A stretch of DNA of 61,511 bases from Thermococcus sp. JdFR-02 (GCA_002009975.1 MTLP01000020.1:1-61511), one strand, 5' to 3'. Shown: positions 1-10,624, numbered from the stretch's first letter. Program-made: numbers and translations. The notes: generated by a model not told the origin, from the sequence alone.

Positions 1-1545
1 GCTGCTAGGATTGTTGCTGAGACTGTTAGGACTACTTTGGGTCCTAAGGGTATGGATAAGATGCTCGTCGACAGCCTAGGAGACATAGTAATCACAAACG
101 ACGGTGCAACAATCTTAGACGAAATGGACATCCAACACCCAGCAGCAAAGATGATGGTTGAAGTTGCAAAAACACAAGACGAGGAAGCAGGTGACGGAAC
201 AACAACAGCAGTCGTAATTGCTGGAGAGCTCTTAAAGAAAGCAGAGGAGTTATTAGACCAAGAGATTCACCCAAGCATAATCGTTAAAGGTTACACATTA
301 GCTGCTGAAAAAGCTCAAGAGATTCTTGAAAGCATTGCAAAGGACGTTGATGTTGATGATATTGACATGTTAATGAAGGCAGCAACAACAGCTATTACTG
401 GAAAAGCAGCTGAAGCTGAGAGGGAATACCTAGCTAAGTTAGCGGTTGAAGCAGTAAAGCAAGTTGCAGAGAAGGTTGGAGACAAGTACAGGGTTGACAT
501 TGACAACATCAAGCTTGAGAAGAAGGAGGGTGGAAGTGTCCACGACACTCAATTAATTAAGGGTATCGTCATTGATAAGGAGAGAGTTCACCCAGGAATG
601 CCAAAGAGAGTTGAAAACGCTAAGATTGCATTAATTAACGATGCATTAGAGGTCAAAGAAACCGAGACAGATGCAGAGATTAGAATTACAAGCCCAGAGC
701 AATTACAAGCATTCCTCGAGCAAGAGGAGAGAATGCTCAAGGAGATGGTTGATAAGATCATTGCAACAGGAGCTAACGTAGTATTCTGCCAAAAGGGTAT
801 TGATGATTTAGCCCAGCACTACTTGGCTAAGGCGGGAGTTTTAGCTGTTAGGAGAGTTAAGAAGAGTGATATGGAGAAGTTAGCAAAGGCAACAGGGGCA
901 AAGATAGTAACAAACATCAGAGACTTAACATCAGAGGACTTGGGTTATGCAGAAGTCGTCGAGGAGAGAAAGGTTGCAGGGGAGAACATGATTTTTGTTG
1001 AGGGTTGTAAGAATCCTAAGGCGGTTACTATTTTGATTAGGGGTGGTACTGAGCATGTTGTTGATGAGGTTGAGAGAGCAATAGAAGACGCAATAAAAGT
1101 AGTGAGGGATATCGTTGAAGACGGCAAGATCATTGCAGGTGGAGGAGCTTCAGAGCTCGAGCTTAGCATAAAGTTAGATGAGTTTGCAAAGCAAGTTGGT
1201 GGAAAGGAGGCATTAGCAATTGAAGCATTCTCAGAAGCATTGAAGATAATTCCAAGAACATTAGCAGAAAACGCTGGATTAGATCCAATTGACATCTTGG
1301 TAAAAACAATCGCAATGCACAAGGAGAAGGGACCAGCAATTGGTATCGATGTCTTTGAGGGAGAACCATCAGACATGCTAGAGAAGGGAGTTATTGAGCC
1401 TTTGAGAGTCAAGAAGCAAGCAGTAAAGAGTGCAAGTGAAGCAGCAATAATGATTCTAAGAATTGATGACGTCATTGCAGCAAGCAAGCTCGAGAAGGAG
1501 AAAGAAGGAAAGGGCCCAGAAGGCGGAGAAGAGACTGAGTTCTGA
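1..1545 (+). CDS. Thermosome (group II chaperonin) subunit, 5'-truncated by window edge
   Basis: Frame open from base 1 ([22 protein letters not shown]); GDGTTT ATP-binding motif; acidic C-terminal tail without GGM repeats. Confidence 0.97.
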   Translation, partial: AARIVAETVRTTLGPKGMDKMLVDSLGDIVITNDGATILDEMDIQHPAAKMMVEVAKTQDEEAGDGTTTAVVIAGELLKKAEELLDQEIHPSIIVKGYTLAAEKAQEILESIAKDVDVDDIDMLMKAATTAITGKAAEAEREYLAKLAVEAVKQVAEKVGDKYRVDIDNIKLEKKEGGSVHDTQLIKGIVIDKERVHPGMPKRVENAKIALINDALEVKETETDAEIRITSPEQLQAFLEQEERMLKEMVDKIIATGANVVFCQKGIDDLAQHYLAKAGVLAVRRVKKSDMEKLAKATGAKIVTNIRDLTSEDLGYAEVVEERKVAGENMIFVEGCKNPKAVTILIRGGTEHVVDEVERAIEDAIKVVRDIVEDGKIIAGGGASELELSIKLDEFAKQVGGKEALAIEAFSEALKIIPRTLAENAGLDPIDILVKTIAMHKEKGPAIGIDVFEGEPSDMLEKGVIEPLRVKKQAVKSASEAAIMILRIDDVIAASKLEKEKEGKGPEGGEETEF

Positions 1546-1575
1546 TCTCTTTTAATTCTCTTTGCTTTTCTTCAA
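1546..1575 (+). terminator. T-rich archaeal terminator after thermosome
   Basis: Pyrimidine/oligo-T tract (tctcttttaattctctttgcttttcttc) directly after the stop codon. Confidence 0.5.
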
Positions 1576-1702
1576 TCGTTCTTTCTAGAAGTATCTTCAA
1601 AGCACTTTTTCTTCTTACTGTTGTTTCTGCTTTATATATAACTTAGAGAAATGAACCAATTAACTTTTAACAATAGTACAAAAAGACAGAATAGGGACAG
1701 CT

Positions 1703-2575
1703 ATGATAAATGTGATTGAATACACAAACCTCATTAAATCCTTGGATAAAGAAAGCTTGGAGCTTATTGCAATTGCTTTGTCACTGTATTACTTAAGCAC
1801 TTTAATATATGCTCTTCGCTGGAAGCTTGTTTTGAGAGGTCTGGGAAGAGATATGCCTCTTTTAGAACTTTTAAAGATAACTCTCTCTTCCATATTTATC
1901 AACAACATAACTCCAATTAGCAGAGGGGGAGGAGAGGTATTACGAATAACTTGGATCTCAAGGAAGTATAAAATTCCCATGACCTTATCGACAGTTAGCA
2001 TTATTTATGAGAGAATAATGGAAGCTGTGCCAATAACTATTCTGTTGCTTTTGGGGATAACCTATTTTGCAAGCCACACGATGTATTTTGCTTTACTGGC
2101 AATTTTCATCATGATGTTTCTCTGGCTTAAATGGGAGATGTTTATAAGGCTTTCAGTTAAGATATTTAATGCTAATCTCACAACGGAAGAACTTGCGGGC
2201 ATAATATCTCTAAAGAAAAATTTCTTTATGAATGTCATTGTGATTGGATTGAGCTCTATAGTTTGGATCTTGGATATTTTGAGACTCAAGCTCATTGCAC
2301 TAGCACTTGGATGGAATCCGAGTGTTAGTTTTTTAGCTATAGTTTCATTTGTAAATTTAATATTCGGTCTCATGGCTTTTACCCCTGGAGGGGTTGGGAT
2401 AGTTGAAGGTGGCTTAATCGGAACTTTAACCTATTTTGGGGTTCCTTCAGCCCTTGCAATCTCAATAACACTGTTGGAGAGATTTATTTCGTATGTGCTA
2501 AGTTCAATGGTTGGATTTATGACACTGGTATATTCTGGAGGTGCTGAAATATGGAGAGCCTTAAAATCGCGTTAG
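1703..2575 (+). CDS. UPF0104/lysylphosphatidylglycerol-synthase TM-domain (flippase-like) membrane protein
   Basis: Multi-TM protein with RW, NNITP-x3-GGE and TPGGVGIVE motifs typical of the family. Confidence 0.85.
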   Translation: MINVIEYTNLIKSLDKESLELIAIALSLYYLSTLIYALRWKLVLRGLGRDMPLLELLKITLSSIFINNITPISRGGGEVLRITWISRKYKIPMTLSTVSIIYERIMEAVPITILLLLGITYFASHTMYFALLAIFIMMFLWLKWEMFIRLSVKIFNANLTTEELAGIISLKKNFFMNVIVIGLSSIVWILDILRLKLIALALGWNPSVSFLAIVSFVNLIFGLMAFTPGGVGIVEGGLIGTLTYFGVPSALAISITLLERFISYVLSSMVGFMTLVYSGGAEIWRALKSR

Positions 2576-3762
2576 TTTCAGATTGGTTCTTTCCAAGTAT
2601 TGGAGGGATTGAGTATCATATTCATGAATTAGCTTTAAATTTAACAAAGCTTGGTCATGAAGTTCATATAATCACGCGCTTTGGACAGTATTCTGACAAA
2701 GAGCTCCCCTATGAAGTTCACAGATTTAAGGGAAGTTTAAATGTGAATTCTTTTCACGTTAGCATTGGTGTAAAGATGCTTAAGGAGATTAATGATCTCT
2801 ACAAAAGAGAAAGATTTGATTTAACTCACGGCCACAGCATCTATTCTCCGATGGCGATTGGGGTGGCAAACCTTTCAATTGGAATTAGAGGGGTTCCAAG
2901 TATAGTTACTAATCATTCTCTTCTCGGGGATTCGCTTTTTAACCTGACGTATCTCTTTCTTCTTAGGGCTTCTTTGAGAAAAATAAACTCTTTTATAGCT
3001 GTTAGCAAGGCTGTTGAGAAAGATTTTAGAGATATCTTAGGAACGAGGGGAGAGAATAAAGAAATACGTGTCATACCTAATGGGATAGATAAAACATTTT
3101 GGCATCCAGTTGAAGATAAGGAGGAATGGAAAGAAAAGCTTGGTTTTGAAGGTGTAGTTGTGATGACTACATCGAGGCTTACAAAGAGGAAAAGAATACA
3201 CCTGATTCCAAAAATAGCTCATGATCTAAAAAAATATGGGATTAAAGGTGTGAAGTTTTTAATTATAGGTGATGGTCATGAGAGGGAAAAGATACGGGGG
3301 TTAATTGAAGCATATGGTGTTGAAAAGGATGTTTTAATGTTGGGACAGTTACCAAGAGAGCTAATTAGGAAATATCTGTGGGCGAGCGACATTTATTTAT
3401 CTCCAACGATTTATGAAGCCTTTGGAATAGCCGCTTTAGAGGCTTTGGCATGTGGAATTCCTGTTGTTGCAAACAATCATGGAGGTATAAGCGAGATAGT
3501 TGAGCATGGTAGGAGCGGGTTAATATCTCCAAACGATAAGGGGCTCTTGGAGAATTTGGCTTATCTTATTGAGAATGAAGGGCTTAGAGAAGAGATGGGA
3601 AAATATGGAAGAAGGAGGGTAGAAGAGAACTTCACATGGGATAAGGTTGTAAAAGATATAATAAATGCCTATGAGGACACAATTAATAGATTTGTTGAAG
3701 AGCCTTTCGTTCTCTATAAGATTCATCAGGGGATTAAAAATGTTGGTATCATTGACATTTGA
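2551..3762 (+). CDS. GT4 glycosyltransferase, PIG-A/PimA-like
   Basis: SDWFFPSIGGIEYH, NHSLLG, VIPNGID and EAFGIAALEA motifs. Confidence 0.9.
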   Translation: MESLKIALVSDWFFPSIGGIEYHIHELALNLTKLGHEVHIITRFGQYSDKELPYEVHRFKGSLNVNSFHVSIGVKMLKEINDLYKRERFDLTHGHSIYSPMAIGVANLSIGIRGVPSIVTNHSLLGDSLFNLTYLFLLRASLRKINSFIAVSKAVEKDFRDILGTRGENKEIRVIPNGIDKTFWHPVEDKEEWKEKLGFEGVVVMTTSRLTKRKRIHLIPKIAHDLKKYGIKGVKFLIIGDGHEREKIRGLIEAYGVEKDVLMLGQLPRELIRKYLWASDIYLSPTIYEAFGIAALEALACGIPVVANNHGGISEIVEHGRSGLISPNDKGLLENLAYLIENEGLREEMGKYGRRRVEENFTWDKVVKDIINAYEDTINRFVEEPFVLYKIHQGIKNVGIIDI

Positions 3763-4456
3763 TGTTGAGCAGGATTGTCCTCCCTATTTAACTACAACGA
3801 GGGGTGTAGTGGAAGGTCTGCCAAGGATACTGGATATACTCGATAGAAAAAACATCAAAGCTACTTTTTTCTTTACAGCAAAAATTGCTAAGAGATTTCC
3901 GCAATTGGTTAAACGAGTTGTTGATGAAGGACATGAACTTGGAAGTCATGCATACAATCACGAACGCTTGGATAAGCTTAACAAAGCTGAGGCTGAAAAA
4001 GCTATTGAAAAATCCCTCTTGGTTTTAAGAAAATTTGATGATGTTGTGTCATTTAGAGCACCAAATTTGCAATTGCCTTCTTATCTTTTCCCAAGTTTAA
4101 AAGAAAATAATGTTTTGGTTGATTCTTCAAAAGCCGCTTATAAGAGTTATGGTGGAGTTGGATTTATTGAGGGGGTTTTGGAGATTCCAGCTTCAATAAC
4201 TTCCTCAATTTTAAGGCTCCCCTGGAAAATTCAAAAAATGATTCATAGCCGATTAAAGGAGCCAAAAGTCTATTTTGCACATCCTTGGGAGTTTGTGGAT
4301 ATGAGGAAAGACAATATTCGCTATGACTGTAAGTTTAATACTGGAGAAAGAGCTTTAGAGCTTTTAGAAAATCTAATTGAGTACTACAAAGAAAAAGATG
4401 CAAGATTTGTTTTAATGAGAGATTACTCTGAGATTTATTCTAAATTGAGTGTTTAA
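3740..4456 (+). CDS. Polysaccharide deacetylase (NodB/CE4 family)
   Basis: LTFDVE, HELGSHAYNH, FRAP and HPWE motifs; ATG 3740 preferred over ORF start 3665. Confidence 0.88.
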   Translation: MLVSLTFDVEQDCPPYLTTTRGVVEGLPRILDILDRKNIKATFFFTAKIAKRFPQLVKRVVDEGHELGSHAYNHERLDKLNKAEAEKAIEKSLLVLRKFDDVVSFRAPNLQLPSYLFPSLKENNVLVDSSKAAYKSYGGVGFIEGVLEIPASITSSILRLPWKIQKMIHSRLKEPKVYFAHPWEFVDMRKDNIRYDCKFNTGERALELLENLIEYYKEKDARFVLMRDYSEIYSKLSV

Positions 4457-5043
4457 GACTGCAGTTTTTCAAGCTCATTTTCAAGTTTTCTGAGCTTTTC
4501 TTTGGCTCTCCTTAATTGTCTATTTGCTATCTCGACGATTTTTTCTAGATACTCATCATCAACCCAAATTTCTCCATCTTTACCTATAGGAATATCTATC
4601 CTCTCAGTTGAATAAATCTCAACCAAAAGCTTTTTATGGCTTATGCTCTTTATGTTCGAGTTCTTAAAGCCGCATTGGATGGCTAAATTCAGCAAATTGA
4701 CCGCATCTTCTAAAGTCTTTGCACCAACATGGAGAATTGGGCTGTGAAGCATAAACCAGAGCATTCCATCATTATGCTTAGCGATGGCTCTTTTAACTTC
4801 TTCAATGCTGACTTCTCTATGCCATTTACCAAGCCACTTGGCGTTTAATTTGTCTCCAAAATCTGGTATCTCCATAACGACTATCCTTCCGGAGCATGAA
4901 GACGTGGTAAAATAATTCTCCATTGAGTTTATTTTCTCAAGTAGGCTTATTATGTCTTCATCAACGAGCTTTTTCTCCAAAGCCTCTCTAAACTTCGCCG
5001 TTGAAAGCCTCTTCTGTAATTCAAAGTTCTTCTCATAAAGCAT
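4453..5043 (-). CDS. taw3: tRNA(Phe) wyosine-derivative methyltransferase Taw3/Tyw3
   Basis: YFTTSSCSGRI and PILHV motifs characteristic of Tyw3. Confidence 0.92.
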   Translation of the reverse strand: MLYEKNFELQKRLSTAKFREALEKKLVDEDIISLLEKINSMENYFTTSSCSGRIVVMEIPDFGDKLNAKWLGKWHREVSIEEVKRAIAKHNDGMLWFMLHSPILHVGAKTLEDAVNLLNLAIQCGFKNSNIKSISHKKLLVEIYSTERIDIPIGKDGEIWVDDEYLEKIVEIANRQLRRAKEKLRKLENELEKLQS

Positions 5044-5121
5044 GTTAAAAGGTAAGAAATGCTATTTAAAAGGTTAACGTGATAGTACTCTTAACATTTT
5101 AAAAATGAAAATAAAAAAGGG

Positions 5122-6369
5122 CTAGCTAATAGCAGCTTGAACAGCTAAATCTGCTCTAACTATTCCATAACCGTAGAATATTGAATCTCCTATATTGTCT
5201 GCTGTGGTGTGTAAGATGCCCCTAACTGTGTCTGTTGTTAAGTCATCTTCTGTTCCTACTGGTAGGACGGTTCCATAGTTGTTGTAGTATACTGCTTGGA
5301 TTAGTGCAACAACACCGCTAACGTGTGGTGCTGCCATTGAGGTTCCACTGAGTTCTTTATATGTATTGTCTGGATAGGTGCTTAAGATATCAACACCAGG
5401 AGCAACTATCTCTGGATGTCTGTTACTCCATGAAGGGACTTGGTCGTCTATGTCAGTTGCCCCCACTGCAATTACCTCTAAATATACCGCTGGATAGCTT
5501 GGATATTCTGCCCCTTCATTTCCTGCCGCTGCAATTAGAACAACGCCCAATTGATACGCCTCACTTATTGCATCGTGTACTGAGTCTGGTGCTGAAGACC
5601 CTCCAAGACTCATTGATATAACCTCAGCGGCATCATCATCTGGATCTCCGACAATTATGCCATCTCCATCTGCATCTAACACTCCATCTGGACCAAGCAA
5701 AGCTTGTTCAATTCCAAGTATTAAGTCACTCCATGATCCTATTCCACCATTTCCTAGAACTTTGATTGCATAAATTTCAACTTCAGGTGCTACTCCAACA
5801 ACGCCTATGTCATTGTTTAAGGCGGCAATTGTTCCTGCTACATGTGTTCCATGACCGTTTCTATCTATATAGCTTCTTGGATTCGTTGAAATCCTCCCTC
5901 TAAGAACGCTAATTCCCCATTTTATGTTATCTTGTAAGTCAGGATGATCATAGTCTATACCTGTGTCTAAAATTGCAACTTCAATAACCCCATCGCTTGC
6001 ACCAGCTGTTATTTGCCATACATCAGGTGCTTTTATTCTTTCAATTCCCCACGGAATTGTCTGAGGTGGTTGGGTTATTGGTCTCCCTAAGATGTGAATT
6101 TCTCCATCATATTCAACCCTAACAACACCTTTAGCCTTCTCTAAATGTTTAACCGCTGACTCAGGAAGTTCTACAACGATAGCTGGAATAATTTTGTAGC
6201 GTATTTTAACTTGTCCTCCAACTTTTTCTACAACTCTCTCATTGAAGTTTGACTTGTCTATTGTCACTATAACTCTCACCTTTTCTACAGGTTCCGCCAT
6301 TGTTATTCCAATATAAGAAAAAACGACTAAAACAATCAACAATGTAGATATAGCCTCTCTCCCATTCAT
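5122..6369 (-). CDS. Secreted subtilisin-like S8 serine protease with I9 propeptide (Tk-subtilisin homologue)
   Basis: Signal peptide; catalytic triad motifs LDTGID, HGTHVAG, GTSMAAPH; acidic Ca-binding loop DADGDGIIVGDPDDD. Confidence 0.95.
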   Translation of the reverse strand: MNGREAISTLLIVLVVFSYIGITMAEPVEKVRVIVTIDKSNFNERVVEKVGGQVKIRYKIIPAIVVELPESAVKHLEKAKGVVRVEYDGEIHILGRPITQPPQTIPWGIERIKAPDVWQITAGASDGVIEVAILDTGIDYDHPDLQDNIKWGISVLRGRISTNPRSYIDRNGHGTHVAGTIAALNNDIGVVGVAPEVEIYAIKVLGNGGIGSWSDLILGIEQALLGPDGVLDADGDGIIVGDPDDDAAEVISMSLGGSSAPDSVHDAISEAYQLGVVLIAAAGNEGAEYPSYPAVYLEVIAVGATDIDDQVPSWSNRHPEIVAPGVDILSTYPDNTYKELSGTSMAAPHVSGVVALIQAVYYNNYGTVLPVGTEDDLTTDTVRGILHTTADNIGDSIFYGYGIVRADLAVQAAIS

Positions 6370-6520
6370 TTGTATCCCTCCATATACTAAAGTAGACATT
6401 TGAATTTACATATTACACTTTATCCTTAAACTATATAAGGACTTGCTATTTATGATGTCTGCTTAGAGCAAGATTTTATTTGATATTATACAAGACATTA
6501 GAATCTAAGATCAGAACATC

Positions 6521-8479
6521 CTAAAAGAGAGTTGTTAGTTGCACAAAAACTCCTTTTTCTTTAACAAACTCAATAAAGCGCTTGTAGGTTTTGTTAACCT
6601 TTAAAGTTTCGCTGTCTCCAATTGCTATCAATTTTCGCTTTGCCCTTGTTAAAGCAACATTCAGCCTTCTCAAATCAGTTAAGAAGCCAAGTTCTTTGTT
6701 TTTGTTGCTTCTGACAAATGAGAGAATTATCACTTCCTTTTCCCTTCCTTGATATCCATCAACACTGTGAACCTCAACATTAACTAAAGAGCGAATTAAA
6801 TCAACCTGATCATCATAAGGCGTTATAACTCCAATAAACTCTTCTTTAACGCCCATTCTTAAAAGCTTATCAACAAGCTCTTTAACTATCTTTGCTTCAA
6901 GAGGATTTTCTCTTGATAGCGATCCTCTTCTTTGACGCTCCCATTTATCCTCCCTCTTTGAGGTATCGATGAAAACTAACGGCTTTCTTGGATCCAAAAC
7001 GTCATCCCATGGACTTCCAAAGGAAGGATTATTAACGCCTAAATCAGCTAACGTAATATTCTTCACGCGTTCATAAGCTTTAATTTTGCCACCATAGAAC
7101 TCTTTGCTCGGAAACTCCATTAAAAGGGCACTCATCCTGTATTGGATTTCAAGCATCTTAGCCTTATGTGGAAACCTCTCTATGAGCTTTTCAAAGAGGG
7201 TTTCGCTCAGCCCTTTTGCCTCTTCACTTAAAATCGTTGGAGGCAGCTGTTTATGATCGCCTGCTAAAATAAAGCGCTTTGCCTTTGCTATTGGGATTAA
7301 AACACTTGGAATGGTTGCTTGAGAAGCTTCGTCAATTATGGCAACATCAAATTGAATATCTCTTATAAATTCCAAAGCTGCAGAGGAGTTCGTGCTTAAA
7401 ATTACATCTGAGTCTTGGACTATCTCTTTGATGATTTCCTCTTCAATGGCTTTTGCTTCATCATAGAGCTTTTGAACGTTTTCGTTAATCTGGATCCACA
7501 TTGCCATTGATTTTATGGTCTTTGCTGAAACACCTCTTGTTCCTACTCCCTTCTTGGCAAGCTTTAAAATATCTCTATCCCCAAGTCCCCTCCTGAACTG
7601 AGGTGTCGGTTTGGTGTATTGATCTCTAATTATGGCTAATCTCTCGGCTTTATTCCTAAGCATCTTAACCCTTCTATATTTCTTGTGATTCTCGACTTGA
7701 AAAGCTAAAGTAGATTCCTTTAGGTGTTTGGAAACCCTTGAAGGATGACCTAATCTTACAAGCTTAACCTTCCCCCAAAGCCCTTCAACAAGGTTATCTA
7801 CTGCTATATTGCTCTCTGCAGTTGCAAGAACTTTATTTCCCCTTTTCACTTCTTGTCTTATGAGTTCAATTAAAGCTCTGGTTTTTCCAGTCCCGAAGGG
7901 ACCGTGAATTAAGAAGAAGTCTTCACTTCCTAAAGCCAAGCTCACGGCTTTTATTTGACTTTCATTAAGCTCTTCATCAAAGGGGGTAAATTCGACCGTT
8001 TTGCTCTTTTTTGGCTCTTTCAAACCCAGAAGAAATTTTAATGCTTCTTTTCCATTCTCGGTTAGCTTTTCAAGATTTTCTTCCATTCTTTTAAAAGTGA
8101 TATCATTTGCATACAAATCGATTCTAACCTTTCTTAAAGCCCAAGTGGGAACGCTTTCTAAAGCTACAACTAAAAAACGGTTTCCTTTTTCAACAACCGT
8201 GCCAACAAGATCACTTGCTAAAGGATTTCCTCGACTTATCAAAACCAAGTCTCCAACACTTATTTCAGTCTCAAAAGGCTTCTTTCTTCCATATTTCACG
8301 AGCTTAAAGCCGAACTCTTGTCCAATAACCTTTCCATTGAGGTTTAGGATAGCCCTTCCAACTTTTTCCCTTTCATAACCTTTAAGCTTTTTAATTTCTT
8401 CTCTCATAGCTTCAATTTCAGCTTCTCTCTCAAGCTCAACAAGTTCTTTTAATTTTGAGATGTAGCTTATTAGATTCAC
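6521..8479 (-). CDS. SF1 helicase, IGHMBP2/Upf1-like
   Basis: GPFGTGKT, DEASQ, GDHKQLPP, QYRM, VDGYQGREKE and NVALTRAK motifs. Confidence 0.93.
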   Translation of the reverse strand: MNLISYISKLKELVELEREAEIEAMREEIKKLKGYEREKVGRAILNLNGKVIGQEFGFKLVKYGRKKPFETEISVGDLVLISRGNPLASDLVGTVVEKGNRFLVVALESVPTWALRKVRIDLYANDITFKRMEENLEKLTENGKEALKFLLGLKEPKKSKTVEFTPFDEELNESQIKAVSLALGSEDFFLIHGPFGTGKTRALIELIRQEVKRGNKVLATAESNIAVDNLVEGLWGKVKLVRLGHPSRVSKHLKESTLAFQVENHKKYRRVKMLRNKAERLAIIRDQYTKPTPQFRRGLGDRDILKLAKKGVGTRGVSAKTIKSMAMWIQINENVQKLYDEAKAIEEEIIKEIVQDSDVILSTNSSAALEFIRDIQFDVAIIDEASQATIPSVLIPIAKAKRFILAGDHKQLPPTILSEEAKGLSETLFEKLIERFPHKAKMLEIQYRMSALLMEFPSKEFYGGKIKAYERVKNITLADLGVNNPSFGSPWDDVLDPRKPLVFIDTSKREDKWERQRRGSLSRENPLEAKIVKELVDKLLRMGVKEEFIGVITPYDDQVDLIRSLVNVEVHSVDGYQGREKEVIILSFVRSNKNKELGFLTDLRRLNVALTRAKRKLIAIGDSETLKVNKTYKRFIEFVKEKGVFVQLTTLF

Positions 8480-8644
8480 TTTTGATCACCAATTTTTGAA
8501 ACTTTATATGTTAACCTGAGATTGTTTAAGTTTAAATAATGCAGTGATACATAATTTTCTCCTTGATTATACTAAATGTAAGGAAAAGCTTAGATAGGCT
8601 TAAACAACAGTGTTGATCAAGCTTTTTGTCAGAAGAGTTTATTA

Positions 8645-8722
8645 TGGTGGGCCCGCGGGGCTTCGAACCCCGGACCTCCCGCTTATCAGGCGGGCGCTCT
8701 GACCAGGCTGAGCCACGGGCCC
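8645..8722 (-). tRNA. tRNA-Ile(GAT), CCA encoded
   Basis: Reverse complement GGGCCCG...CCCGC-CTGATAA-GCGGG...GGTTCGAAG...GGGCCCACCA folds as a cloverleaf. Confidence 0.96.
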
Positions 8723-8730
8723 TTCTCAGC

Positions 8731-8808
8731 TGGTGCCCCGGCCGGGATTTGAACCCGGGTCGCGGGATCGAGAGTCCCGCATGATTGACCGGGCTACACC
8801 ACCGGGGC
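8731..8808 (-). tRNA. tRNA-Glu(CTC), CCA encoded; co-transcribed upstream of tRNA-Ile (8-nt spacer)
   Basis: Reverse complement GCCCCGG...CGGGA-CTCTCGA-TCCCG...GGTTCAAAT...GGGGCACCA. Confidence 0.96.
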
Positions 8809-8832
8809 GTCGATAATCCTTAGGCGAGAGGA

Positions 8833-8850
8833 AATTTATAAATTTTTCGG
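8833..8850 (-). promoter_or_regulatory. BRE/TATA promoter of the tRNA pair
   Basis: Minus strand CCGAAAAATTTATAAAT, about 25 nt upstream of tRNA-Glu. Confidence 0.75.
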
Positions 8851-8936
8851 TAAGGATTCGTTCTTTTACTTCTTTTTTTCCGTAATCCTTAAATGCTTTT
8901 AGGTTTTATTTCTCTCTACTAAGATGGGGTGGTGTT

Positions 8937-9932
8937 ATGAAGGTTGTAATTATGGCTGGAGGTTACGCTACTCGTTTATGGCCCATAACAAAGGATAATC
9001 CCAAGGCATTGCTTCCTGTTGGGGATAAAGTAATCATCGATTATATTCTTGAAAAGACAAAAGAGCTGGATTTGGAGCTTTATCTCTCAACCAACAGATT
9101 TTTTGCTTCCCAATTTAAAGAATGGGCAAAGGATAAGGATATTACCCTTTTAGTTGAAGAAACTCTGCATGAGGAGGAAAAGCTTGGCACAATTGGAGCT
9201 TTGGGTGAAGCTGTTAAAAAGCTCGGCTTAGATGATTATCTTATCATAGCTGGAGATAATCTGTTCTCCTTTAGTTTAAGAGACTTTTTGAGTAAATATG
9301 ATGGGAAAACTCTCATAGCCGTTTATGACGTTGGTGATTTTGAGCTAGCTAAGCGCTATGGTGTTGTGCTTTTAGAAGATGATAGAGTTGTAGACTTTGA
9401 AGAGAAACCGGTGAAGCCAAAATCAACTTGGATAAGTACGGGTGTTTACATATTTCCAAAGGAGATTATGAGTCTCATCCCCGAATATTTAAAGGAGGGC
9501 AATAAAGACTCTCCTGGATATTTCGTGCAGTGGCTTCTCTCTAAAGGAGTTGAAATTTATGCTTATCGCTTTGATGACTATTGGTATGACATTGGTTCCT
9601 CTGACAGCTATCTGGAGGCTATGAAAACTTTGTTAAAGGAAAGTCACATTGAAGAGATTCAGATTAGTCCGTATTCAAAAATAATTCCTCCAGTTGTTAT
9701 TAGGAAGGGGGCAAAGATTCTTGGAAGGTCAATAATTGGTCCTTACGCCTACATTGGCGAGAACTGTATAATTGAAAACTCTGACATAAGTGATTCTATA
9801 ATCTTTAAGAACACTGTAATTAGGAATTCAACGATTTGGCGTTCTATAATTGATGAGAAATGCGAAATTAGGAATTTAGAGCTTAAAAAGAGTTTAGTAG
9901 GAGGACATGCAAAGATACAAAGAGGAGATTAA
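8937..9932 (+). CDS. Sugar-phosphate nucleotidyltransferase (NDP-sugar synthase) with C-terminal left-handed beta-helix
   Basis: MAGGYATRLWP, PKALLP, EEKP and WYDIG motifs; hexapeptide repeats. Confidence 0.92.
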   Translation: MKVVIMAGGYATRLWPITKDNPKALLPVGDKVIIDYILEKTKELDLELYLSTNRFFASQFKEWAKDKDITLLVEETLHEEEKLGTIGALGEAVKKLGLDDYLIIAGDNLFSFSLRDFLSKYDGKTLIAVYDVGDFELAKRYGVVLLEDDRVVDFEEKPVKPKSTWISTGVYIFPKEIMSLIPEYLKEGNKDSPGYFVQWLLSKGVEIYAYRFDDYWYDIGSSDSYLEAMKTLLKESHIEEIQISPYSKIIPPVVIRKGAKILGRSIIGPYAYIGENCIIENSDISDSIIFKNTVIRNSTIWRSIIDEKCEIRNLELKKSLVGGHAKIQRGD

Positions 9933-9971
9933 GCATTTTGTTATTTAAGTAAAACAAAAAAGGTATAGTAT

Positions 9972-10442
9972 TTATCGCCCTTCTTCTATCCACTTATTCC
10001 AAATTTTGGCGACTTCATATAACAATTCTCCAAATTTTTTTGTTGTTCGGTAGTATCTTCGTGATTTGTAAATCATTTGAGCATTTTGAAGGGTCTTTAT
10101 AACGATGTTATAATTGGTCTTTGTAGTTCCAAAAGGAATTCCTAACTCTTTTGCTTTCTTCTCAACTTTTCTGTGAATCTCTGTCCTAGGCAATTGCTTT
10201 TCAACGAGTATTTGATAATAGGTGGTTAATTCTCTGTTATCAAGATATCCCAATATAAATTCCAGCCATTCCTCTGAATGGAATCCTCTTTTTCTCTTTT
10301 CAGCGTTGTGAATATGTTCCAAGAGCATTTTGGCTAGTTTTTGTCTTTCTGGATGGTTTGGGAATAATAACTTCAAGAGTTCTTCCAAATTTTTCGGCTT
10401 TTCCTTTGGGATAATGATTTTAGCTATGGGAATATAAGGCAT
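9972..10442 (-). CDS. Hypothetical basic protein, possible C-terminal winged helix
   Basis: 156-aa ORF with GAGGTGA RBS; C-terminal helix plus beta-hairpin pattern. Confidence 0.6.
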   Translation of the reverse strand: MPYIPIAKIIIPKEKPKNLEELLKLLFPNHPERQKLAKMLLEHIHNAEKRKRGFHSEEWLEFILGYLDNRELTTYYQILVEKQLPRTEIHRKVEKKAKELGIPFGTTKTNYNIVIKTLQNAQMIYKSRRYYRTTKKFGELLYEVAKIWNKWIEEGR

Positions 10443-10624
10443 TAAGTTTCACCTCTCAGGAGTATTCATTTACAGTTAGTAACTTTAAAGGTATTGAAAA
10501 AATAATCGTAGTATATCGTAAATTTTATACGATATATAAAATTCATACCAAAAGTATTAAAACTGAGTAGGATTTATCTAATAGTGATACGTCTCATGAA
10601 TAGAGTAGTTTGAGGTGTACAACC

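Noticed and set aside
945-1487. Antisense ORFs in the track (e.g. 945-1487, 8001-8378, 38401-38703, 52977-53333)
   Set aside because: Shadow frames opposite well-supported genes, without RBS or motifs
6521-8479. Intein or defence role for the SF1 helicase
   Set aside because: Normal length, no splicing motifs, and core-like context with no partner nuclease
8645-8808. tRNA genes as the att site for the neighbouring island
   Set aside because: No duplicated tRNA 3' end and no integrase noticed; the visible boundary duplication is in the NDP-sugar synthase instead
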